Assembly: GCA_963778945.1 (NCBI GenBank)
Contig: CAVZWL010000009.1
Span: forward strand, 135,968 to 199,967
Direction of reading: 5' to 3'
DNA: 64,000 nucleotides
Source of the DNA: Ignavibacteriota bacterium
GTDB lineage: Bacteria; Bacteroidota; Ignavibacteria; UBA10030
Every line of letters begins with the position of its first letter. Positions within the stretch are counted from its first letter, which is position 1. The notes below the pieces were generated by a model. The model was not told where the DNA came from, did no database searches, and saw only the letters and a list, made by a program, of their open reading frames with translations. Positions 55,470-64,000 of this stretch are shown piece after piece. Position numbers and translations under genes: made by a program.

Positions 55470-56693
55470 ATGGATAATATTAAAAATCCCTTTTCACCAG
55501 GAGCGGGTTCGCCTCCTCCGGAACTTGCCGGTCGAGGTTCCATCCTTGAAGAAGCTCGAATATTATTGGGTAGAGTGAGAGAAGGAAGGCCTGAAAAGAG
55601 CATTATGATGACAGGACTTCGCGGTGTAGGCAAGACAGTTCTATTGGTGGAAGTTGAAAAAATTGCACAACAAGAAGGATATAGGACACTCTTTATTGAA
55701 GCGTATGAAGATAAAAAACTTGCACTCTTGATTGTCCCTCATCTGAGAAGACTTCTCTTTGATTTGGATCGTATCAAAGGTGCTGGAGACAAAGTAAAAC
55801 GGGGAATACGCGTATTGAAAAGTTTCCTCAGTGGTATAAAAATCAAAGTCGGTGAAGTAGAAATGGGTATCGATGTCGATCCTGAAAAAGGTACCGCTGA
55901 TAGTGGTGATTTAGAAATTGACCTTCCAGAGTTGTTTTGTGTTGTTGCTGAAGCGGCGGCGGAACGAAACACAGCGGTAGCAGTCTTGATCGATGAAATA
56001 CAATATTTTACACAATCGGAATTGAGTGCATTAATTATGGCTATGCACAAACTTCAACAGCGCAGCTTGCCATTGGTTCTCATTGGTGCAGGACTCCCAA
56101 TACTTCCAGGATTGGCAGGTGAATCGAAATCATATGCTGAACGACTTTTCAATTTTCCTGACATTGGCCCGCTCTCTGATGCAGATGCCACGAAAGCGCT
56201 CCAGGATCCAGTGAAAGCTGTTGGAGAAGAGTTTGACCAGACTGCGTTGCAAGAGATTTATCGTTTGACAAAGGGTTATCCGTATTTCATTCAGGAATGG
56301 GGTTACCAGACATGGAATCTTGCTCCGACTTCTCCGATTACATTCGCTATAACTCAAAAGGCAACATCTATCGTAAGAAAGCGATTGGATGAAAATTTTT
56401 TTCGCGTGCGATTTGACCGATTGACGGCTAAGGAAAAGGAATATCTTAGGGCGATGGCTGAACTTGGTCCGGGTCCACATCGTACAGCAAAAATTGCAAA
56501 AGCGCTTGGATCAAAGTTAACAACATTGGGGCCATTAAGGGCAAGTCTTATTGGCAAAGGAATGATTTATAGTCCATCTTACGGTGATATGGCTTTTACT
56601 GTTCCACTTTTTGATGAGTTTATGCACCGATCTATGCCGCAATTCAAAACAAAGAAATCAAAGCCGACGAAGAAGAAAAATAAAAAAGCATGA
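55470..56693 (+). CDS. AAA+ ATPase (ORC/Cdc6-like or archaeal-ATPase-like) with C-terminal winged-helix-like region, embedded in the type I R-M operon
   Basis: Walker A TGLRGVGKTVLL and Walker B AVLIDEIQ. C-terminal LTAKEKEYLRAMAELGP...AKIAKALG resembles a wHTH. Its TGA overlaps the hsdR ATG (ATGA at 56690-56693). Confidence 0.7.
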   Translation: MDNIKNPFSPGAGSPPPELAGRGSILEEARILLGRVREGRPEKSIMMTGLRGVGKTVLLVEVEKIAQQEGYRTLFIEAYEDKKLALLIVPHLRRLLFDLDRIKGAGDKVKRGIRVLKSFLSGIKIKVGEVEMGIDVDPEKGTADSGDLEIDLPELFCVVAEAAAERNTAVAVLIDEIQYFTQSELSALIMAMHKLQQRSLPLVLIGAGLPILPGLAGESKSYAERLFNFPDIGPLSDADATKALQDPVKAVGEEFDQTALQEIYRLTKGYPYFIQEWGYQTWNLAPTSPITFAITQKATSIVRKRLDENFFRVRFDRLTAKEKEYLRAMAELGPGPHRTAKIAKALGSKLTTLGPLRASLIGKGMIYSPSYGDMAFTVPLFDEFMHRSMPQFKTKKSKPTKKKNKKA

Positions 56694-59600
56694 GTAAGGT
56701 TGGTCAAATAGAACGTGCAACGCAGAACCGCATTGTAAAACTGTTGCACACCAAACTTGGATACGACTATCTCGGCAACTGGGAAGAGCGACCGGATAAT
56801 CAAAACATCGAAGAAGGATACCTTCGGCCTTTTCTGAAAAGACAGGGATATAGCGAAACTCTCATCACCCGTGCGCTCTATGAATTGAACAAGATTGCAG
56901 GGGATCAGACAAAAAGTCTTTACGACAATAATAAAGAAGTATATGGGCTTCTCCGATATGGTGTGAAGGTCAAAGAAGAGGCGGGAGAAAATACAAGCAC
57001 CGTTTGGTTGATCGATTGGAAGAATCCGGGTAAGAACGATTTCGGAGTGGCAGAGGAAGTCACAGTCAGCGGCAAGCACGATAAACGTCCGGATGTTGTC
57101 TTATATGTAAACGGTATTGCTTTGGGCGTACTGGAGCTAAAGCGTTCAACTGTGTCTGTAAGTGAAGGAATCCGTCAAAACCTGGATAACCAGAAGGATA
57201 CATTTATCGAGCGTTTCTTTACTACTATGCAGCTCGTAATGGCAGGAAACGATACTGAGGGGTTACGTTACGGCGTGATCGGTACACCTGAAAAATATTA
57301 TTTGAATTGGAAAGAAGAAAGTAATATCGAGAATCTGCTCGACCGGTCGCTTACTCAGCTTTGCGAGAAGAACCGCTTTTTGGAAATCATTCACGACTTC
57401 ATTCTTTTTGACGCAGGGATAAAGAAACCATGCCGACATAGCCAATATTTCGCCGTAAGAGCTGCACAAGCTCGTATCAAGAAACGCGAGGGGGGCATAA
57501 TATGGCATAGCCAGGGAAGCGGAAAGAGCTTGGTTATGGTATGGTTGGCCAAATGGCTGCGTGAACACCTCAACGATGCCCGAGTCCTTATTATCACCGA
57601 CCGTACCGAATTGGATGAACAGATTGAGAAGGTATTCAAGGGTGTCAGTGAAAATATCTATCGGACGAAAAGCGGTTCTGATCTAATTGCAAAACTGAAT
57701 GACACAACGCCGTGGCTTTTATGTTCCCTCATCCATAAATTCGGCGGGAAAGAAGAGGGAGAAGAGGTCGGAGATATACCGGCCTACATAGAGGAGGTGA
57801 AGAATGCGCTGCCTCCCGGATTCAAGCCGAAGGGAGATCTGGTCGTGTTTGTTGACGAGTGTCATAGAACTCAATCAGGTGAACTGAACAAAGCAATGAA
57901 GGCCATTCTGCCGAATGCTCTCTTTATCGGTTTTACAGGCACACCGCTCTTGAGAGCCGATAAGCAGAGAAGTATTGAAGTGTTTGGGGGTTACATCCAT
58001 ACCTATAAGTTTGATGAAGCGGTGAAAGACAAAGTAGTGTTGGATCTCCGGTATGAAGCGCGCAACATTGAGCAGAACATCACATCACAGCAAAAAATCG
58101 ATCTCTGGTTCGATGCAAAGACAAAGGGTTTGAATGATGTTGCTCTTACCCAACTGAAGAAAAAATGGGGCACTATGAATATGGTGCTCTCCAGCCAATC
58201 GCGTCTTGAAAAGATCGTCGCTGATATACTTCTGGACATGGAGACAAAAGACCGTCTGAAAAGCGGTCATGGCAATGCAATGCTCATCTCCGGCAGCATC
58301 TACCAAGCTTGCAAACTTTATGAGTTGTTCACATCTCACGGCTTCGATAAATGTGCCATTGTCACCTCATATCAACCATACATCGCCGATGTGAAAGGTG
58401 AAGAGAGCGGCGAAGGATTGACCGAGAAGCTGCGGAAGTACCGATATCTACAAAAAAATGCTCTCCAACTGGTTCAGGCAGGATCCTGAGAAAGCAGTTA
58501 ATCGAGTTGAAGAATTTGAAAAAGATGTAAAGAAAAAGTTTGTCAACGAACCGGGCCAAATGAAACTGCTGATCGTTGTGGACAAGCTGCTGACAGGATT
58601 TGATGCACCTCCGGCGACGTATCTTTACATCGACAAACAGATGCAGGATCACGGATTATTCCAGGCAATCTGCCGTGTGAACCGCTTGCATGACGATGAT
58701 AAGGAATACGGCTACATCATCGACTATAAGGATCTGTTCAATAGCTTGAAAGGAGCCGTTGAAGATTACACATCGGGCGCTCTCGATGGTTACGACAAGA
58801 AAGATGTAGCAGGTCTGCTCTCAGGCCGGTTGGAGAAAGCGAAGGAACGTCTCGAAGAGTCACGGGAAGCAATCAAGGTCCTCTGCGAAGCAGTAGATCC
58901 GCCAAAGGACACTCCTGATTATTTGCGATACTTCTGTGCAAAGGACACTGCGAACAAAGACCAGTTAAAAGAAAACGAGCCCAGACGTGTGGCATTGTAC
59001 AAACTTACGGTGTCGCTGATACGGTCATACGCGGATGTTGCCAATGAGATGGTGGAAGCAGGCTACTCTCCTGATGAGACAGAAAAAATTAAACAGGAAG
59101 TGGATCATTTTGAAAAGGCTCGCACAGAAGTAAAAATGGCGAGCGGCGACTACATCGACTTGAAGATGTTTGAGCCGGCCATGAGGCATCTGATTGATAC
59201 CTACATACGTGCGGAAGATAGCAAAAAAATTTCCACCTTTGACGATATGAGTTTGGTTCAACTTATCGTGGAACGTGGTGCGGATGCGATTGATGCACTC
59301 CCGGCAGGTATTCGAAATAATAAGAAAGCTGTAGCAGAGACGATTGAGAACAATTTGCGCAGGGTTATTATCGACGAGCAGCCGATCAATCCAAAATACT
59401 TTGAGAAAATGTCCGAGTTGCTGGATGCGCTGATAAAGGAGCGCAAGGCGGAATCCTTAGCGTATGAGAAATATCTTGAGAAGATTGTCGAGTTGGCAAA
59501 GAAAGTGAAAAATTCCACATTTGGAACTGTCTATCCTATGGCTCTTCATACTAATGCGATGCGAGCTCTCTACGATAATCTCGAAAAGAATGAATCGCTT

Positions 59601-59762
59601 GCCTTAGCAGTTCATGAAGCAGTTGTTGATAACAAACAGGATGATTGGCGCGGTAATACTATAAAAACAAAGAAAGTCCGCTATGCAGTATTAAAAGTAC
59701 TGAAGAACGAACAACAAACGGATCATGTTATAGAAATTGTTAAGAAACAGGCCGAATACTAG
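56690..59762 (+). CDS. hsdR: type I restriction enzyme endonuclease/translocase subunit HsdR, frame change near 58445-58460 (fragments 56690-58489 and 58458-59762)
   Basis: HSDR_N nuclease region (RPDVVLYVNGIALGVLELK), helicase motifs HSQGSGKS, DECHRTQ and FTGTP, then LIVVDKLLTGFDAP and QAICRVNR in the second fragment. Confidence 0.9.
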
Positions 59763-59868
59763 TGCCAGTCCTAATAAATGATATTGTATTCCATCTGGCC
59801 TAGTGCCGCGAAAATAATGTACTTCTGCATGATAAAACACATTATTACTTAATTGGAGCGGCATTAGG

Positions 59869-60585
59869 ATGCACAGAATACGAGTTTCCGGACTTTTAGT
59901 CGATGTTGTCCGCAAAAACATAAAGCACATGCATTTGGCCGTTTATCCTCCGGACGGCCGTGTGCGTGTAGCCGTACCGGTGCATATCGGCGATGAGGCC
60001 ATACGTCTTGCCGTTATTGTCCGATTACCATGGATACATAAGCATCAGCAGAAATATACCAATCAGGTAAGACAATCTCCTCGCGAATACATCTCACGGG
60101 AGAGCCATTACTTCAAAGGTCGAAGGTATTTGTTGAATGTTATAGAACACGATGGATTCGCTAAAGTTGTTTTAAATGGAAAACCCACTATTGACCTCTA
60201 CGTTCCCATAGGATCCGGACACGCGAAACGAGAAAGGACTCTCCAGGAATGGTATCGGCAGGAACTGAAAGTCCAAATTCCTCCTCTCATCGAAAAATGG
60301 CAGAAGATCATGCATGTAGGCGTGTCCGATTGGAAGATTAAAAGGATGAAGACCAAATGGGGGACATGCAACATACGAGAACGAAGGATATGGGTAAATC
60401 TCGAGATTGTAAAAAAACCGGTCCAATGCCTCGATTATATAATCGTCCACGAGATGGCGCATCTCATGGAACGCACACACAACGCAAATTTCATTGCCTT
60501 GATGGACAAGTTCCTGCCAAACTGGAAATCACTTCGCCAGACGTTGAACAGTTATCCTCTGCAGCATGAGAATTGGGAGTATTGA
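59869..60585 (+). CDS. YgjP-like (DUF45/M48 family) metal-dependent hydrolase
   Basis: 238 aa with HEMAHL zinc motif. WGTCN...RIWVNLEIVKKP is typical of the family. Commonly linked to type I R-M. Confidence 0.75.
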   Translation: MHRIRVSGLLVDVVRKNIKHMHLAVYPPDGRVRVAVPVHIGDEAIRLAVIVRLPWIHKHQQKYTNQVRQSPREYISRESHYFKGRRYLLNVIEHDGFAKVVLNGKPTIDLYVPIGSGHAKRERTLQEWYRQELKVQIPPLIEKWQKIMHVGVSDWKIKRMKTKWGTCNIRERRIWVNLEIVKKPVQCLDYIIVHEMAHLMERTHNANFIALMDKFLPNWKSLRQTLNSYPLQHENWEY

Positions 60586-60692
60586 GAAAAAAATCTACCG
60601 GATGCAGAAGAGCGAAATTACCTTTTCTATGAAAAGCCGGAAGTATAACGACATGGCGACTATTTTATCATGACGAAAATATATTTATTTCG

Positions 60693-62520
60693 ATGAAGAA
60701 TAAAACAGCTATAGAACTTCTTGCACCCGCAAAAGATCTCGAATGCGGGATGGCGGCAATTAATTCCGGAGCAGATGCAGTCTATATCGGCGCTCCAAAA
60801 TTCAGTGCGCGATCGGCGGCGGGAAATTCGCTTGCAGACATTGAAAAACTAATTTCCTATGCCCACAAGTATTGGGTAAAAGTTTATATTGCCCTGAATA
60901 CAATACTTTTTGATAATGAACTTGAATCCGCCCGCAAAATCATCCGGTCTGTCTATGATAGCGGCGCAGACGGCCTTATAATACAAGACATGGGACTGCT
61001 GGAAATGGACATTCCGCCGATTCCGCTCATCGCCAGCACACAAACCCATAATTATGAAATCGATAAAATTCAATTTTTGGAGCGTGTTGGCTTTCAGCGG
61101 GTTATACTTGCGAGGGAACTTTCGCTGAAACAGATCGAAGAGATCAGATCGAAAACCGAAATTGAACTTGAGTTTTTTGTCCACGGCGCCCTCTGCGTCT
61201 GCTACAGCGGACAATGCTATCTGAGCGAGGCAACACAAGGACGCAGCGCCAACAGGGGAGAATGTGCACAGCCGTGCCGGCTTCCCTATACATTGACCGA
61301 TGCCGGCGGGTCTGTCATCGCAGATAACAAGTATCTCCTTTCTCTCAAAGATTTAAATTTGTCTCGCGAGATTCCTGCATTGCTGAAGGCAGGAATCACA
61401 GCATTCAAAATAGAAGGACGTTTAAAGGACGTCGAGTATGTTAAAAATATTACAGCATTTTATAGAAATAGGATCGACAAGGCGTTAACAGGCGATATGC
61501 AGCGTGCATCCTCAGGAACGGTCATAAGTGAATTTACACCCGATCCCGGAAAAACATTCAATAGAGGATTCACGACTTATTTCATTCATAAGCGAAGTAA
61601 GGAAAATCTTTCCCGGTCGCCGAAGTCCATCGGTGTGCTGATAGGAAAAGTTTTGCACGTTGGAAAGGATTTCTTTAAGCTGGATGGCACAGAATTACTT
61701 TCCAATGGAGATGGTATATGTTTCTTCGACGAGCTTGACCTGCTGCACGGTACGAATATCAATACGGTCGACGGCGGTAAAATTTATCCAGCAAGCATGG
61801 AAGGGATTACGGCCGGAATGGAAATCTATCGGAATCATGATCATCAGTTTATTAAGACATTGAATCAGGGCAAGGCAAACCGTAGGATTTCAGCCTCGAT
61901 TGAATTCTTTGAATTGAAAAATGGATATAGTCTGAAAGCAAAGGATAAGAACGGGATTGCTGCAGAATACGTTTGTCTCTGCAAAAATATAAAAGCGGAA
62001 AAACCGGATAAAGCAGAGGCGGCAGTCAAAAATCAGCTCTCAAAAAGCGGAGAATCGATTTATGAAATATCTGAAATTCGAATTCATTGGGAAGAGCCGA
62101 TGTTTCTGCCGGTTGCAGTACTCAATGACATGCGGCGGGAGCTTTTGAAGCGATTGGACGCAGAACGTGTCAAAGCCTATCCTCGTAAAATACAAGAAAT
62201 AGTCCCAACTGAAATTCCGTATCCGCAAAAAAATCTCGATTATCGGGCGAATGTGGTCAATGAGAAAGCGAAGGAATTTTATAAACGTCACGGCGTGGAA
62301 TTGGTAGATGCAGGGTTTTGAAAAACGGAAACAAAAAGAAGGGACGCTCATGACGATGAAGCATTGTCTGCGTTTTCAGTTCGGTTTGTGTGAAGGAAGG
62401 GGAAAAAACCCGGAACCGCTCTTTTTAAGCGATCGCCAAAATAATTATCGATTGGAATTCGATTGTGACCGGTGTGAAATGCAAGTAGTGCTGGAATCAA
62501 AGAAAAAGGCAAAAAAATGA
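60693..62520 (+). CDS. peptidase U32 family protein, frame change at the T-run 62317-62320 (fragments 60693-62321 and 62308-62520)
   Basis: ELLAPAKDLECGMAAINSGADAVYIG, ELEFFVHGALCVCYSGQCYLS and FKIEGRLK motifs. The Cys-rich C-terminal tail is in the next frame. Confidence 0.8.
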
Positions 62521-62570
62521 TTTATTCTTCTTACTTCTTACTTCTTACTTCTTACTTCTGAATTCTTTTT
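62521..62570 (+). repeat. TTCTTAC heptamer run (x4-5) abutting the tRNA 3' end
   Basis: Reads tttattc ttcttac ttcttac ttcttac ttcttac ttctgaa ttcttttt. Confidence 0.75.
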
Positions 62571-62571
62571 G

Positions 62572-62730
62572 TGCACCCAGGGGGACTCGAACCCCCAACC
62601 TACAGCTTCGTAGGCTGCCGCCTCTATCCAATTGAGCTATATATAAAAAAAAAATAAATATTCTATTGTTTATGTCCAGACCCCCCCTCCCCGCTTAGGC
62701 TGCCGCTCTATCCAATTGAGCTATAGGTGC
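62572..62730 (-). pseudogene. tRNA-Arg (anticodon ACG) gene interrupted in the anticodon loop by 85 nt (55-nt unique insert plus ~30-nt duplication of the D-arm/anticodon 5' stem)
   Basis: The 5' part at 62696-62730 (GCACCTATAGCTCAATTGGATAGAGCGGCAGCCTA) plus the 3' part at 62572-62610 (CGAAGCTGTAGGTTGGGGGTTCGAGTCCCCCTGGGTGCA) would join into a perfect 74-nt tRNA. The segment 62611-62695 intervenes. Confidence 0.7.
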
Positions 62731-62817
62731 ATAAAATTGCAAATTTCAAAATGCAAATTGAAAAGAACTTTTAGAACTCTCCAATCCACACAAAACGCGT
62801 TCGTATGCGACTTCGGA

Positions 62818-62887
62818 ACTCCTGCATAAATCGCGGGATTCTCAAAATGGCAGCCACTCGCAAAAAACGCTCTTGGGCCATTTTGGA
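62818..62887 (+). repeat. solo copy of the 70-bp repeat unit
   Basis: actcctgcataaatcgcgggattctcaaaatggcagccactcgcaaaaaacgctcttgggccattttgga, about 90% identical to the units at 48478-48757. Confidence 0.8.
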
Positions 62888-63430
62888 ATATGAGCGCAAA
62901 AAAAAACTACTAATTCCGGCATTTTCTTCTTCGCATGAGTGAAGTTCTAATTTCACTCCACTCTGACAGTCGCCAATTTGGTAATGACCTGCCACGAATA
63001 AGAAATGCTAAGCAAAACGGGCTTCCTGTCTCAAAGCAATCGGCATTCTACTCTTTCGAGTAACAGTCATTGTTAATATTTCAGAAGCATGTTTCTTTAA
63101 ATCCGTTATAATGTACTAAACAATGACAGGGAAGGCAAGATATTTTTCCGATAAAGTCCGGGAAAATATATTTGAAAATTTTTATAATTATTGTTTCAAT
63201 GCCTCTGACGATATCTTTAATATCTTCTCTATGTAGCTTGGGCATCTTCATTCAGTTTGTTCAATATATCCAGTTAATGCCCCCTTGGTTAGTCAGAATA
63301 TACATCCGCTGAACCGCTCTTAATCTTGTCCAATTTTAAATGCATCATCGATCATATTTGCAAAATAGATATTCATTTCAATTCAAAAATACCGGAATCT
63401 TGTTTACCTCAGAATGACCAAGAAATTCCA

Positions 63431-63700
63431 TCACTCAAACAAGTCTGTATGTGTCCCTGTGCGAACAAGTATTAATTCGTTTTCAGTCAGTTTGTAAATA
63501 AGAAACCAATCAGGTCTAATGTGGCACTCTCGGCAATCCCTGTAATCTCCAAGTAAAGAATGGTCTCTATACTTTGCGCCTAACTTCTTGCTCTTTGCCA
63601 GCGCTTCAATAACGGTGTGCAATTGCTCGATATCTTCTCCGCGCTTAAGACACCGCTTGTAGTCTTTTTTAAATTGCGATACCCTGCGGAGTGCCAGCAT
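63431..63700 (-). CDS. yafQ: type II toxin-antitoxin system YafQ/RelE-family mRNA interferase toxin
   Basis: 89 aa. FKKDYKRCLKRG...DHSLLGDYRDCRECHIRPDWFLIYKL...LILVRTGTHTDLF matches the YafQ pattern. Confidence 0.8.
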   Translation of the reverse strand: MLALRRVSQFKKDYKRCLKRGEDIEQLHTVIEALAKSKKLGAKYRDHSLLGDYRDCRECHIRPDWFLIYKLTENELILVRTGTHTDLFE

Positions 63701-63957
63701 TACTTACCAAGCTCCGCTAACAGGGCCTTTGTAGAATTGAATGTACTTCCTTTTCCTTTTCTTGCCTCTGCAATCGCTTTGCGTGTCTCTTCATTCGGTA
63801 TCCTGACATCGAACGGTATTCCATTCGCATGCTGCACCTGTTTAAAGAAAATATTGATTGCATCCGTCGTGTTTATCCCCAACGCGTTGAGAATGTTCTC
63901 TACTTTGCTTTTTAGTTCTGGCTCCATACGTGCCTGCACCATTGCTGTTCTTGCCAT
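63700..63957 (-). CDS. dinJ: DinJ/RelB-family antitoxin
   Basis: 85 aa. VQARMEPELKSKVENILNALGINTTDAINIFFKQVQHANGIPFDVRIP is a typical DinJ ribbon-helix-helix. 1-nt overlap with the toxin gene. Confidence 0.8.
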   Translation of the reverse strand: MARTAMVQARMEPELKSKVENILNALGINTTDAINIFFKQVQHANGIPFDVRIPNEETRKAIAEARKGKGSTFNSTKALLAELGK

Positions 63958-64000
63958 GTCATTTGTCCTTTCTTTGAGCTCCTTGAATGTATTACATTCG

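Noticed and set aside
62611-62695. Possible intron in tRNA-Arg(ACG).
   Set aside because: At 85 nt it is far too short for a bacterial group I tRNA intron. It is not at the canonical 37/38 position, and a third of it is a duplication of upstream tRNA sequence. A rearrangement or scar is more likely.
46400-62750. Calling the island a prophage, ICE or integrative element.
   Set aside because: I could not recognise any integrase, excisionase, transposase, phage structural gene or conjugation gene in any frame. Only the tRNA context and repeats point to past mobility.

Overview
This is a 64-kb window from a Gram-negative bacterium (LPS genes lpxK and kdsB, type IV pilus machinery). The lineage cannot be assigned without a database search. 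Bases 1-46,200 are mostly housekeeping: ppdK, queA, ispD, plsY, gpsA, an APC permease, and a pilC-pilB-pilT-pilMN-pilOP-pilQ cluster followed by a ~1,085-aa tandem-repeat surface protein. After that come hemL, hemB, a fragmented membrane glycosyltransferase-like/TPR gene, a family-5-like UDG, gltA, a NamZ-like gene, plsC, gatC, kdsB, pyrG, recG, DUF1385, prfA and tadA. Bases ~46,400-62,750 form an accessory island bracketed by two rearranged tRNA-Arg loci. It holds a class II Fic protein, a 4 x 70-bp tandem repeat, and three uncharacterised genes (Nmad2-like, zinc-ribbon protein, membrane-anchored helical protein) joined operonically to a type I R-M system. That system has a long HsdM, HsdS, an embedded AAA+ ATPase translationally coupled to HsdR, and a YgjP-like metallopeptidase, followed by a U32 peptidase. 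A YafQ-DinJ toxin-antitoxin pair closes the window. Three signals cut across the window. (1) About 30 frame disruptions occur in ~19 conserved genes, most simply explained as uncorrected indel errors. (2) TTC-N4 heptamer-periodic intergenic tracts occur at 8 or more loci. (3) A ~155-nt intergenic element family shows compensatory base changes (candidate structured RNA), and a similar hairpin is inserted in the T-loop of a tRNA-Arg pseudo-copy. I saw no integrase, transposase, CRISPR array or rRNA. All family assignments rest on motif recognition by eye; no searches were run.
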